DNA of 64,000 nucleotides from the human T2T-CHM13v2.0 reference genome, Homo sapiens. Shown here piece by piece: positions 17,423 through 37,622 of this stretch (positions within the stretch are counted from its first letter, which is position 1; every line of letters starts with the position of its first letter). Both the position numbers and the translations under genes were made by a program. Location of the stretch: assembly GCF_009914755.1 (NCBI RefSeq), contig NC_060936.1; one strand, given 5' to 3'. The notes under the pieces are model-generated. The model did not search any database, was not told the DNA's origin, and saw only the letters and a list, made by a program, of their open reading frames with translations.

Positions 17423-18000
17423 CAAAATGAGTATAGTTCTGTGGTGCCAGTCTTGTGGGATGGGGATGGGAGGTGAGGGATGCAATAATTTTGGGGGAGG
17501 GGTGGGTGGTTGTACATTTGGCACCTGAAGATCTGAATGACATTCTTTCTGTTTCAAGGAAATTAATAATTTTCACCAGTAATTCCCAAACCTCCAGTTG
17601 GTAAATTGATTCCTGAGCTGAGGCTAAAAATGGATTTTATGGGTCCATTTAATGGAGACAAGTCTTTGGAGGTCCCACCGTGTGTGAGATGTCCTGGGTC
17701 TGAGGGCTTTGAATACTGTAGTGACTTCAGAGTTCAAGTATGTTATAGCCTAAGACGGAAGGAGAAATAGACCTGGGCTCCTCATGCTGTCTAAACTCCC
17801 GTTTTTATAGGATCTAGGCATGATGGCTAGCTTTTGTTATTATTGAATCTATACCATGTGCTAGGTCCTGTGAAAGGCTTATGAGGTGGGCACTAGCATC
17901 ATCATCATTAACATTGATTGAATGAATGCCTACCGTCATCAAGTATGCTTGTAAGCACTTTCATTTGTCATCTCATTTAATCTTCACACCACCACTTTGA

Positions 18001-18328
<328 letters not shown>

Positions 18329-20518
18329 ATTACCTCTATCTTATATAATAGATAAGGAAGCTGAGGCTGGGAAAAGTTACTTTGCTTAGGGTCACACATC
18401 TAGTCAGAGATGTGCTGAGACCAGGGGCAGTGTCACTCTGTACCATTAGAATAATGCATGTCTGTTGACTAAATAGAATCCCGTCATGACCCATTCTATT
18501 TTGGTTTACATACTCAAATGGAGAAGCTGCAGGGAAGGGGTTGATATTTTCTGTTATAACCCTATCTTCCTAAAGACATCCTGAAAACCAAAACTAACCA
18601 GGGGCTCTTCCGTAGGTGAGAAACACCTAATTTAGTGCTGCAGCAGGTCACCAGCATAAGCTTAGGGAATAGAGGGCGGTCGGACTTCTGAAACCTCTTT
18701 CCCTGAAGACATATGACCATTTTGCTTTTGTTTATGGAATAATTTAGCTTCTTTGGTGGCATTTAAAACTGTAGTATAGTACTCAGCAAACATTAAAGAA
18801 TACATCTAGAATCTGTTCATTCTAAGAAACGATTGATTTCTGTTTCATTTTACTATGAAACTGAAATGGTTTGACAACGTATGTGGCTTGAACAGTTACT
18901 GTCAAATTATTTCACGTACCATTACACAAACTTTAAGTCCTAACTTTGAAATTGCTTGTCATTTTCTTTAAATGGTGTAAGCTGATATAAATGAGGCTGC
19001 AGCGCCATCCTGTGTCTGAGCTGATTTAATCGTATGTATATTTCCTGCTCAACACCTGCAACATGCTCTTACTGGGGCCATGTTTTAGATATGGATATCA
19101 TTTGACTTTTTAAAGTTTTTTTTTTTTTTTCCATGAAGAGAATAGTCCTGATGTATCCTATTAAATTTTTTAATTAATAGAAACAATTATTTGTAGCTTT
19201 TAAGGGTAAGAAAAAAATGCTACAAATTGAGTCATATTTTGAAAATGGCTTTTCCTGTTTAAACTTGAAAGATGGTTTTTCATAACCCTAAGTGGTTTAT
19301 GGTGAGCTTCTCCCCTTTGTCAGGGCTCCTCTGTGTAGTGGAAAGAACACTGCATTTGGGAGTTCAAAGACCTGAGTTTCAGCCCCAGCTCTTTTGATTA
19401 GAGTGAGTTTAGCCTCATGGAGTCAAGCTAGGTTACTTTTAAGATCTCTTCTGGCACAAAAAACTTTGATTTTCCATAGCAAATCAAATACAATGTGAAC
19501 AATTGTTAACTGAAGCTATTTTCATTTTGAAATGTGAAATTTCTAATACCAGGAGTCCTGAAGGATTTTAGAAAGATGTGAATTTAAAGGGGAAATTTAG
19601 GCATGGCTTAATCATATACCACCCAACCCAAACCACAACAATCTAAATGCAAAAATCTGAAATAGAGATTGTTAGGGAGCAGCAAATGTGAGAAAAATTC
19701 GAGGGTTTTTGGTGATATGATTAATTTCATATCAGTTCACAAAGTTCACAACAATAGCAATGACAGCAACAACAAAAACAGCAAGGAATCAACCTTAGTC
19801 TAATTTAGAAGAGGTACAGTGTCCACAACCAGGGACTGAAAGCATTCACTGTACTGTGGTCTAGCCATACACCCTGAAAGGATGCTGGCAACCTGGGGTA
19901 AAGCCACAGAAGGCCAATCATGGTGGAGAAGGGCAGTGCAGTTCCGTGAGGGATGGAAGTGCTTGGGGATATTTACCCTGGACGAGAGAGCTGAGGGAGA
20001 GGGCAGGCTACATAAGTGTTTTTAGATTTCTGGATGGCTGTAATTTAGAAGTGAGTTCTGGATTGCTTTGTGCTGTTCTGGAAGACATGAGGACCAATGC
20101 ACTGGAGGTATATTAAGGTGGATTTTATTTTAGATTATGGAAGTATTTTCCTAGCATGTCATGTACGTTGTCACTTTCTCCATAACAGCACTATTGTAAT
20201 GTGAAAAAATACCCATTTTACAGATGAGAAAATTGAGGCGTAAAGAGGTAAAATGATCCAGCCACTAGGTGGTAAAATTGGGACCAAAATCCAGGTTTAT
20301 TTGATTCTAATCTTGGACCATTTCTACTAAGCATCACAGGCCCCAGGCTGTAAGCCTTTTTCATTTTCCTTACCTCCTATACCAGCTAATCTTCAGAATC
20401 ATATACTGGTTCCAGGCCAACAAAGAACAATTGTATCATTGGAGTTAATTCCTAGACTACTGTTGACATGGTAAATGTTAATAAAAATGAGCAGAGAGGC
20501 TTATAATAAGACAAGACA

Positions 20519-20866
<348 letters not shown>

Positions 20867-21041
20867 TTAAATTATCTTTTACTTTTTAAATGCTTGTTTC
20901 TTCTTGACACGTTATTTATGGTATTTTTGGTTTAAGTAATCAGCAACTTGTGCTCACAACTTAGAATTTGATTATATTTAATACAATTATCATTATTAAC
21001 TTCAAATGAAAACAAATCCAATGGTGCCCTTTATTTTGCAG

Positions 21042-21185
21042 GCCTTAGAGTATCTCCTGTGGGCCAGCATGTGTATGGAGTCCTTGGTCCCGCTCCTGTC
21101 ACTCAGGTACTTGACATGGCGCGCTACTCTCTACACAGCTGTTTGCCAGTGCTGCTATGACTGCCATGCCGGGATTCACGGAGAG
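21042..21185 (+). CDS. CFAP54: CFAP54 exon ~6 (144 nt): ALEYLLWASMCMESLVPLLSLRYLTWRATLYTAVCQCCYDCHAGIHGE
   Basis: ttattttgcag|GCC ... GAG|gtatgc. Confidence 0.93.
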
Positions 21186-21207
21186 GTATGCTGCTTTTTA
21201 ACTCTGA

Positions 21208-21552
<345 letters not shown>

Positions 21553-21759
21553 TAGATGCCTGCCAGGGGAAAAACAAAACCCAACCAAAGAATTGAAATG
21601 AAGAAAAGACAAAAGTTCAGCTTTATTTGCACAAATTGGCTTGGCTTTTCCATTGTTTTTCTCTCTCACCCTCCTTTCTGCTCTCTCCTTTATTCTCTAT
21701 TCATTTTCACCTTCTTTGCTCCATTTCTGAGTAAGATTTTTGGAATTTTAAAAATTAAG

Positions 21760-21990
21760 ATTTTTATTTTTAAATGACAAATAATAATTGTATATACTTA
21801 TGAGGTACAATGTGATGTTTTGTTGAATGTATGCACTGTGGAATGATTAAGCTAATTAACATATTCATCTTCTCACATACCTTTTTCTTGTAGTGAGAAC
21901 ACTTAAAATCTATTTACTAGTAATTTTGAAATATGCAATACGTTATTGTTAACTATGATCACCATGCTGTGCAATAGATCTCAAAAACTT
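21760..21990 (-). mobile_element. L1MA-like 3' end fragment
   Basis: aattgtatatacttatgaggtacaatgtgatgtttt...ctgtgcaatagatctc. Confidence 0.7.
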
Positions 21991-22134
21991 CTATCTGTTG
22001 TCTTTCCATCCTCACTTTGCTCTTGAATACAAGCCACCTTCCCTCCTCGTTTAGTTTTGTGTTCCTTATCACTTAGTATGTACACTCTTGTCTTGCTTTT
22101 CTCTGCTAACCACCATTTAGTACACTTTGTTTTT

Positions 22135-22632
<498 letters not shown>

Positions 22633-23613
22633 ATTTATATATATATAAATTTATATATGTATCACTCCAGAGCTTCTATTGGCCTGTAGAGTGCCCCGTA
22701 TCAATTTGAAAAAGGCACCTTCTCTACATTATGTGACACCTGGCTTGGTCAGTGGATGGGACCTTGGTGAGAATGAGAAATAAGCACCCCTTCCTTTGGG
22801 CCAACACGTTCCTGCACAAGGGTGCATGGTTTGGTATGTGGGGCGTAAGCTGGATTTCTGCTCTAGTCAACCTCTTTGGCTGGAAGTCTTGTGTAGGACT
22901 GCCTTCATGGCTGTGCACATGCCTATTCATATCTTGTTAACGACCATAAATAAATCATCTGGCCAATTCACTATTCCATTTAGTTTTTCCTGCCTGAACT
23001 AATTCTGAAGGGTTTGATGCTGGTGGCACATAGGCAGAACAGCCTAATTTAACCTTCACGGGTTACTTGTGTAGCTCAAGATACATTCCAGAAAGACAAC
23101 TCATCATGTATATATATAGTTAACTTCAGTGTACTAGTGGTGGCATATTTTGTTCTATAGCTATTAAGATTATTAGGGAATGGAACTTTTATAGCGTTTT
23201 GGCCATTTGATCCCTATTGGGATTTTTCTTTATTGGAAAATGTAACCCTTCATATATGTTAATATTTTGGTTGATCTAGAAGCATCTTCATTAAAAATTA
23301 TAAATGATGAATGAAATATTTCAAAGAGTTGGTGAAATAAGGGACATGAACTCTTGTTATTGAGTTCTTAATAACTCCTTTGAACTCATTTGTTATCTCT
23401 AGAGGATTATAATAATGGTGATATGATTAAATAAGAAAGCCTCCCTTCTTCCTTCCTTCAGATATTTATTAAATACAGTGTGCTGCGTATTGGAGACACA
23501 AAAATGAGTAAGATCCTTTCAGGAAGTCACAATTTGGTGGTCAATGTGAACAGTTAGGTAGATAATACAGCATGTCATGATAGGAAGGTTAGGATTTGAG
23601 AAGAGCAACTGAG

Positions 23614-23616
<3 letters not shown>

Positions 23617-23659
<43 letters not shown>

Positions 23660-23660
23660 C
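23617..23660. repeat. (GT)n microsatellite
   Basis: direct reading. Confidence 0.97.
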
Positions 23661-23961
23661 GCACATGAGGACGTGCGGTGCCAAATGCTGAGAAGCGATA
23701 ATCTGTATGGAGCTACTGTTTAAGTGATATTTCAGCTTTCCTTTTTAAAATTTCATAATTCCTAAAGTCACCTTATTCACAGTTTATTAGAGAGTTTAGT
23801 GGTTCTTAAATAAAATGATAGACTGGATAAAAGGAGTCAGCATTAACCTAGAGCTTAATTCACAGATTAAATCAAATGCCTGGGAGAACAAAACATTGTC
23901 TTTATACATTTTAATCACTATATTCTGATTTATGAATTAAATTTATTTTAATCACATGTAG

Positions 23962-24075
23962 GCATTTGCTCGGCGTGCTTTGGCTAAAATTGATGAGTTA
24001 AGGCAACTGGAATTAATGAGTTCCTCAAAATCCCAGGAAGAATCGCGAAGATATTTTCGAGAGGCCACAATGAAG
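23962..24075 (+). CDS. CFAP54: CFAP54 exon ~7 (114 nt): AFARRALAKIDELRQLELMSSSKSQEESRRYFREATMK
   Basis: catgtag|GCA ... AAG|gtataa. Confidence 0.92.
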
Positions 24076-24192
24076 GTATAAAAATTTCATGAAATAAAAG
24101 AAATTTACCACACTCTACAGCTGATTAAATACTTAGTAGTTGGGAAGTGCATCTCATTGTTATTTCATGTATAATTCTGCTTTTTGAGGCAG

Positions 24193-24294
24193 ATGGCAGT
24201 GATGATCTTCAAAAGAGGAGTCTTTGAATCTAGAAGAAAAAACAAAGCTGTCTTTAGACCTAAGATAAGAATTAACCTAAGGGAAGTACAAACT
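24193..24294 (+). CDS. CFAP54: CFAP54 exon ~8 (102 nt): MAVMIFKRGVFESRRKNKAVFRPKIRINLREVQT
   Basis: tttttgaggcag|ATG ... ACT|gtaagt; 117-nt upstream intron. Confidence 0.92.
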
Positions 24295-27200
24295 GTAAGT
24301 CTAAACATGTCTTCTCTCTTTAAGACTCTTTTTGCAGTATATTTGTATTATGCTCCTATGTCTTTCAAGCCTAGTCACTCATTATTAAATTCTGCCCCCA
24401 GTTCTCTGCCCTAATGGGTAAATAGAGAGAAGAATGTTTTTCTAGTTTGCACGTAGCCTCGCTTCATCTCTTTCTCAAAGCTTTTGTGTCTTAGCACAAT
24501 CCCAGTTTTGCAGCCTTAAAGAACAAGAGGCTGAAGAGGAGCCTGTGAAAGATTTCAATGAACTGGCTCTTGCAAATGAACAGGCCTCTGAGTGGTTCTG
24601 CACTTGCCTTTGTCTTTGACCACTTAGGGTTAGCTGAGCAGGCGAGCAGGCTTTGAGGCTGTGGAGAAGATGGAGGCACCTTTTCTCATCAGCCTTAGGT
24701 TTCACCCTTGGGAATGTTCAGGAGCTAGGTTATCCAGTAGCAACAAACAACACCCGTACCTCAGGTGGCTTAAAACAACAATTTATTGCCTACTGGAGTC
24801 ATATGTTATTTTAGTTATCAGGGGCTCTGCCTTACAAAAGCTGCTCAGGGCCAGGCTGAAGAGCCGCCTTCATTTCAAACATTGCTGGTCATTTGGCCAG
24901 AGGGGATTAAAGAGAGTTCTGGGGGACCTTTCATGGGCATTGATGCTCAACATGGAAGTGACATGAGTCTGTTCTTCTCACATGTCATAACCAGTCACAC
25001 AGCCCCTCCCAACCACAAGCCTATTTGGCAAACAGTAGTAAAGATGATCACAGGGCAGGGAGTAGGCAAAGTTACACCTGTGGGGCCCTCGGCCCTTTTT
25101 CTTCCCCTTGTCTTTTTCTTCTTCTTCTTCCCTTTGCCTTCCTGACTCTTAATATCCCCCAGGGCCCAGTTCTATATCGTTTTGAAGCTCTCCCTGACTG
25201 TTCTAGATGGATATACACCCTCTTCTGCGAGCTTCCATGTAGAGATTGAAAATGAATCTGGGGGGAAGGAGGTGAGCAGTTTCTTACAGAAGAGGTGTAT
25301 CAAATCTCAGAACCTGGAAAGGATTTGGGAAACCATCTGGTTCAGTCCTTTTATATTACAGTTGGGAAAATAAAGCCTGCAATATTTAAATGACTGGCTC
25401 AAGGTCACAAAGGCAGCCGCTGGCAGAACCAGAACCAGCATCTCTAAGTCCAGTGCTTGGCCTCTACTCCAATCACTGCTACTCTCTTTCCTCATTTCTT
25501 CTTAACACATTTAGGAGTAATCCTTTTTCTTTCTTTTAAATGAATTACTATATTTAAATACAAATAAGTTTTTGGACATGGTACCTTTCCATTGCTACTT
25601 AGTGACAATATTGACTACTGAGCCCACAGGTACATTTTATACATCCCTTTTGAGCTATATCCCTTACTAACCAACAGTATATTAATTGGCAAGTATATTA
25701 ATTAATTTATAGGCAATTCCTTGGATAAGCTTTTAAGCTGCCTGCATCTGGTATTAAGTAGTGATGCTATAGTCTTTGTAAAAGGACAGGGAACAATTTT
25801 TTTTTTCTCCCCGGCATTTTTTTCTCTGAGCAACCAAATTTAAATATCCAAAGTTGCAAGACTGTTGTTACTTAGAATATTATTAGGACTTAACAGTTAT
25901 CCTGGTAGCAAAACTAAATACATTTTCAAAGAAAAATGTTTAAAATTCCAGATAAAATTACATTAAAAACTAATTTGTATCTGATTTCCCTTAAGATAAT
26001 TGTTGAATGAAAAGTTCTGGTGATTTTTTTTTTTTTAAGAAAAAATTGTAATTGTTTAGTGAGTAGTTGTTTCAGAGGCTAGTCAACACATCCTTTTTAT
26101 AACGTCATCCTATGTTACCTTGGCATATTTTGCAGAATGTCCTGTTTTCTGTGTATGAAATAATTTTATTATGTTTCTACTAAATAATTTCAATATGCAT
26201 TGAACATATTTTCTAAAACATTTCTGGGTTTGTATGTAAGTTGTTAACTTATAGTAAATCATTTTGACTCTCAAAAGATTCTTTTAAAGGACTACTAATT
26301 CAGACTCCTAATGATTGATTAGTTAGTGATTTATTCAATAAATATTTTTTAAGTACCTGCTATGTGAACAAAATAGATGAGGATTACATTCTAGTGGAGA
26401 ATTATATCATAAATAAATAAATAATTATAGCTTGTGATAAATATTAAGAAATAAATAATGATAATGGTGAGGATGAAATGAGTTACATGTAAAGCCCTTA
26501 GAATGTTGCTGGCAGGTAGAAAGTAGGTCCTCAGTAAATATTAGCTATCATTGTTTATTTATTTTTTATTAATTCAACAACCATGTATTGAGTATCTACT
26601 GTGGTTTCAAGTATAGTGGAATATAGAAATACTAAATTGCAGCCCTGGCTTTTTGAAGGGCCTTGGGATAATGGGCAGAATTTGGTTAGACAGGGAGAAT
26701 AGAGAAAAACATTCCAAGTGAAGGATCAGAGCATGGTCATAGCTTAGAAGCCAGAGTAGGCAAAATTTGCTGGGGGTCAGTGATAAACAGAGCTTGACTA
26801 GGAATAGGCACTTGATGTTGGGAAATTAACATAATACATCTCCTAGAGTAGATGTCATGGAGACTGTAGTATTTAAAGATGGAACCAGACTGTACAGTTG
26901 TGCCATTCAGATTTTCATTCATCCTGACATTTTAAATAAGATAATATATCCTATGCAGTATATGTGTCATAATTTGTCTAATATTTTATCATTATTACTT
27001 TAGTTCTTTCAAATCTTTTTTTGCTATTATAAGTATTGACATCATCCACATCTTCAGACATGCTTATTTTTTTTCTTTCTTTTATTTTCTGTGGATAAAA
27101 TTCCAGGTGTAGGATTATGGAATTGAAGGACATAAACACTTTATTTCTCTTGATATATGTTGCCAACTTGACTTCCAAAATGAGTATTCCTATTTTCAGG

Positions 27201-27806
27201 GTGACAACTTGCAAGTACGAATTTTATCACAAGCTGTTATTATTTTGATATTATTATTTGTTTAAATTTTTTTTTTGTTAATTCAGTTTTCATAAAATGG
27301 CTTGCCATTTTAACTTTATTTCTTTGAGCCAACTTTTCTTTCATTGTGTGAATTATTTTTCACAGTCTTTGACCATTTATTTACTAGGGATTTTAATTTT
27401 TAAAATATACTTGAATGAGCTCATTATTTTTATAGATATTATTATTTTGCTTTTCATACTTGACAATCCATTGTTTTCCTTATTGCTTCAGCTTTAATTC
27501 TTTTTTATAGATCTTTTAAATATTTATATTTCAAAATCTTTTAGTTAATATTTCATTTACAGCTCTGATAAATATTCCATTCTTTTTGCTGGTTTTTCTA
27601 TGATGTTTTTATAAATAATTTCATTCTTTTATTCATTTGGGTTTTACCATTTCATTTTGAATACTTCTAATTATTATAAAGTTAATTATGCTGTTTCAAT
27701 ATGTATTTTTAAAAGCTCTGTTTTAACCTAAATAAAAATCTTAGGAAAAACTCTTACCTCTGTAAGAAAAGAGAAGGTAGGGCATGAAGTTCAAGTTTTG
27801 TTGAAG

Positions 27807-28221
<415 letters not shown>

Positions 28222-28986
28222 TGACTTTGCCCTAAGAAGAGAAATAAAAGCAAGGGAATTATGAGGAAATCTTCCAGCTGGATAAGGATTCTAGAAAAGC
28301 CTACTAAAACTACGGTTCTTATTTACTGGCAAACTAAATGCAGAGAACAGGTCATTTGATGGAGAGAAGAATGAAGTGTGGCAGGAAGCATGTGCAGGAA
28401 GTGCAGTCATTTTGGGCCAGTACGAAGCAGAATGACTGGGAACCCACAGCAGGTTCTAAACAGTCACTAGCCTGTTAGCATAAAGCTGATCAATTCTTTC
28501 TTAGAGTTAATTACCACAAACCTTGTTATTTATACTACTAAATACTGTTTCAAATTTTGGCTTGAAGACCTTCTGCATGAGAATATCCTGTGGTGCTTAT
28601 TAAAAGTGTCCTAAACACTTATTAAAAGTGTCCAGACACACAAAATCTCTGGAAATTTGGTCTTGAATCTACAAAGCACCCCTGAGTGATTCTTAGGTAA
28701 CCAAAGTTTGAATATCAGTTCCGAAGGCTATAATGAAGATACTATAAAGCATATGGAGATATATGCTTGCTTAATAAGCAAACCATAATAAACAACCTTT
28801 TAATGCTGCCTTGGAAACACAAGCATATGAAGAAACAACAAAGTCTTTGATGTAATGGCAGCATGATATCTCTAATGAAATCTGGAGTGACATCTCAAAA
28901 AACCATAAAAGCAGGTATCTAATTGTTAGACCAACTGCTCTCTGTTTTAGCATTGTAAGCATGCCTTACTTTTCTTTGCCTTATAA

Positions 28987-28990
<4 letters not shown>

Positions 28991-29017
<27 letters not shown>

Positions 29018-29300
29018 GCCTGAGACAGGGTCTCACTCTGTCACCCAGGCTGGAGTGCAGTGGCATGACCTTAGCTTGCTGCAGCCTCTACCTCCCTGGG
29101 CTCAGGTGATCCTCCCACCTCAGCCTCCCAAGTAGCTGGGACTACAAGCACATTCCAACATGCCTGGCCAATTCTGAAATTTTTTTGTTGAAATGGGGGT
29201 CTCACTGTGTTGCCCAGGTGGTCTTGAACTCCTTGGGTCAAGCAATCCTCCTGCCTTGGCCTCCCAAAGTGTTGGGATTATAGGCATGAGCCACTGCGCC
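28991..29300 (-). mobile_element. AluJ ending ~54 nt before exon ~9
   Basis: gagacagggtctc, gcagcctc, aagcaatcctcc J-type motifs. Confidence 0.92.
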
Positions 29301-29354
29301 CACAATATAATAGCTTTAACAAATGGACTGAACTTTTTTTTTTCTCAATTTCAG

Positions 29355-29553
29355 TTATCATGGCCACGAACTGTCACAGAGCGGCTACTGGATGAGATGT
29401 TTGATAGCACTGCATCCCAGTTTCTGGCTGTCTTGGAAGCTCTTTCTGATTCAAATAGGCGAATACTGCAAACTGGACCCATTGTTACAGATGAAGTGGA
29501 GATTCATGATGTTGTCTCAGAATTGTTTATGGCAGGAAAAGAACTTTTGATAA
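29355..29553 (+). CDS. CFAP54: CFAP54 exon ~9 (199 nt): [18 protein letters not shown]...[11 protein letters not shown]
   Basis: tctcaatttcag|TTA ... ATA A|gtaaat. Confidence 0.92.
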
Positions 29554-29657
29554 GTAAATAAGATGTTAAGATATTGTTTTATGATAGAATGATACACATG
29601 AGTAACAAAAATTTTAACATGGTAGTCCATACATAGGAAACTGATAACATTTATATT

Positions 29658-29974
29658 GTTTTTTTTTTTTGTTTGGTTGTTTGTTTGTTTTTGAGATAAG
29701 ATCTCTCTTTGTCACCCAGACTGGAGTGCAGTGGTGTGATCATGGCTCACATTGCAGCATCAACTTCCTGGGCTCAAGTGATCCTCCCTTCTTAGCCTCC
29801 CAAGTAGCTGGGACTACAGGTGCATGCCACCACACCTGGCTAATTTTTGTATTTTTTGTAGAGACGGGGTCTCACCGTGTTTCCCAGTCTGGTCTCGACC
29901 TCCTGGGACAAGCAGTCCACCCATCTCAGCCTCCTAAAGTGCTGGAATTACAGGTGTGAGCCACTGTGCCAAGC
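29658..29974 (-). mobile_element. AluJ
   Basis: antisense Alu with J-type motifs. Confidence 0.92.
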
Positions 29975-29984
29975 TGATATAATT

Positions 29985-34133
<4,149 letters not shown>

Positions 34134-34737
34134 ATCAATGATGATGTACTTTATACATTGAATCCACTTGGTTCTTTTTTCACAGCAGTTGTTCTTGCCT
34201 TATGTTTCTAATATCCTCTTTTATTTTTCTGAGAGAACACTTTCACTTAAATTCTTGTTTGTGCTTTTCCATTTTCTTGCTTCTTGTGGTAAAGGATGCT
34301 TCATTTGTGGTTTTTCTTTCAAGATGTTTTTGCTTTTAATTTTCTTTTCCCATGAGCTTTCCTTCTTGGAACAATTAGCTGACTTGGCCTTAGTGTCCAC
34401 CTGAGAGGAGGGAGAAAAGCCTAGGGTTAGCTCCTATGCCTTTAGGTGAGTTTAGTGTGTGGGTGTGGGCACATGTGGGTGCACATGTGTATGCGAATGC
34501 CCATCTGAATGCAGGGAACTTCTGGTGCCATAGTTTGGGCTCTTCTCTTCCTAAGAAAAATACAAGTTTTAGATAAGAATTTCCTTGACTTTCTTCACCC
34601 AAACCCCCAAATTTACCCTCATGCATATTGATCCTTTCCCACTATCTCTCATTTAAATGGAGGAGAGGGGATGTTTCTCTTTGTGTCTTTAAGCCTAATC
34701 CCTCCAAGTGTCCAAGTGGTCCCATTATACCGTGCCC

Positions 34738-35372
<635 letters not shown>

Positions 35373-35899
35373 TAGTCCTTTTCTTCTTTACTTTCTGTAT
35401 CTATGTGTTACTGTTGAGTACTCCTTTCTTTCTAAACACTCACCTTTGCAGCCTTTATTCCCTCTGCTCTTCTCTTAAATGTTGGTGTTTCTTATTATTC
35501 TGTGCAAGGCAACATGATCCATGGCTGAATCTACTATTTACTGTGGATGTATAATGATGACTCTAAAAGCTCTATCCCCATTTTAGATCTCTTTCCCAAG
35601 TTTCCAACCTGTATCTAGGAACTCTTGCTCATTCTGTGTTTGAGATTCCATTCTCTTTCCCCTGAGTATCCTTCCCTAACTGCCCTCCTTCCCCACATCT
35701 GTGTTCGATGCCCTTCCTATTTGTCCCTAAAGCACCACCCTGTATTTGCCCACTAAGATTTCTTGTTTCCCCCACTAGAACGTAAATCTTATGAAAGCAG
35801 GGATTGTGTTTTCCTGGTGCCTGAAAGCGTCTATAGTGAATATTTAATAAATATTTATTTGCATGAGTGATATTCAAAACTCTCTTCTTCCTTTCCTAG

Positions 35900-36081
35900 T
35901 GTCAAATATTGGTGCAGATGGAATGCTTGATTTTCCAAAAACATCTCTTCTGGAACTTATGATAGGAAGAAAAGATGTTATTTCTGTGGATGCTGCTGTG
36001 AAATTTATAAAATTAGCTTTTACCTATGAGGAGTGGAGTTTATTTGAATCTTCTGCTGTACATCTTATTTATTTTCTCCAG
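35900..36081 (+). CDS. CFAP54: CFAP54 exon ~10 (182 nt): (M)SNIGADGMLDFPKT...SAVHLIYFLQ
   Basis: ctttcctag|TG TCA ... CAG|gtaata. Confidence 0.92.
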
Positions 36082-36168
36082 GTAATATATGCAAAATTAT
36101 CCTCCTGGTTTTTTTTTGTTAAAATGACATCCAATTACTAATTAATGTGTGGGATATACTTCCCCAAG

Positions 36169-36334
36169 AGGCAGGATGATCCAGAGTCAAAGAAAGCAGA
36201 GAAGGATTTAACTCTTCTGATTGCAATGGAACCACTAATCAACGTGAAGAGAAACAAAGGTTTGATCTTTCCTTTGGAAAACTATAAAGAAGGACAGTCA
36301 GCTCAAATTTATTTTAAAAAAATTGCTGTTCATG
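36169..36334 (+). CDS. CFAP54: CFAP54 exon ~11 (166 nt): RQDDPESKKAEKDLTLLIAMEPLINVKR...KKIAVH
   Basis: ttccccaag|AGG CAG ... CAT G|gtaagt; 87-nt upstream intron; start could alternatively be 36175. Confidence 0.88.
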
Positions 36335-37110
36335 GTAAGTATTTATTTGTTTGTTCAAAAAATTTAGTTTGACGAAATATGCTCTTTTATAGATATGGTG
36401 AGAGAAAGGATGTTGAAGGCGGAGGGAGCAAGAGGTACAAAGGCCCTGAGACAAGAGTGTGTTTGGTGATTGCAGGAATGGCATGGGGGTATGTGTGACC
36501 AAGTGTGGTAGGTGACAAGGTTAGAGAAGTAGCTAGGCGCTAGATGATGTAGTTCCTGGGCTTTGTAAGGATGCTAGATTATATTCTGAGTGACAGTTTT
36601 GAGTAGGGGAATGAGGTTCTATTTACTTTCCGGCTTAGTTGGATAAGAGGGAGGCCCGCAAGGCAGTGAATCAGAGGACAAAGTCATCAGTTCATGTTAG
36701 GAAGGGAAGGTTTGGTAATCTCCTGTCTCTTTCCAGCTTGCAGTGTTTGCCATTCTAGGACTTTTCAAATCCTAAAAGTTATTGTGTGTATAATTGAAAA
36801 CCTGCCGTGTCTGCTTTTTACACCAAAGAGAACTATTTAATTCCAGGTTTTTAACGTTTTGCCATGTTCTTAAGATATTGCATGGCTTATCAGTTGCAGT
36901 AAGTAATTTGTACCAAGTAATGATATATGTCTTCTAGTGATTTCTGAATCAATATTTTTATTATTTTTCTTTCAACTACCATATTTTATGTGCACTTTAA
37001 TATTATAAGCCTCTTCAGTTTCTTTTTGGACATAGCATACAAATGTTGGAATGTTGGATTTATGATAATGGTCTATTTTAATTGGATTAGAGCCACTAAG
37101 ATTAGTTTTC

Positions 37111-37111
37111 T

Positions 37112-37162
<51 letters not shown>

Positions 37163-37456
37163 ATTTATTTATTTATTTATTTTGAGTCACAGTCTCACTC
37201 TGTTGCCCAGGCTGAAGTGCAGTGGCATGATCTTGGCTCAGTGTAACTTCTGCCTCCTGGGTTCTCCTGCCTCAGCCTCCCGAGTAGCTAGGATTATAGT
37301 GACTTGCCACCATGCCCAGCTAATTTTTATGTTTTTAGTAGAGACAGGGTTTCACCATGTTAGCCAGGCTGGTCTCAAACTCCTGACCTCAAGTGATCCG
37401 TCTGCCTCAGCCTCCCAAAGTGCTGGGATGACAGGCATAAGCCATTGCCCCCAGCC
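37111..37456 (-). mobile_element. AluS whose tail contains (GT)n and (TTTA)n
   Basis: TSD aagattagttttc encloses both the microsatellite and the Alu. Confidence 0.93.
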
Positions 37457-37622
37457 AAGATTAGTTTTCATATAGAAGTATTTAACTTGTCTTATTGACA
37501 TGATATTTGCCCGCCTATCATTTGTGTCATTTTTTTTAGCATATTTGTGTTTCTGTGCCTTTTCTATTTGAAATTTTGTAAGTGATTTTTTTGTTTCATT
37601 TTCCTCTACTTTATGAACTTAG

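Noticed and set aside
16905-17440. Idea that the second repeat copy was transduced by the adjacent Alu
   Set aside because: The 17-bp TSD encloses only the Alu (17125-17422), so the duplicated segment lies outside the insertion.
28596-28633. Short direct repeat cttattaaaagtgtcc, two copies
   Set aside because: Simple 22-bp-period slippage duplication with no insert or tail. Similar trivial micro-duplications occur at ~1321, ~7993 and ~63940.
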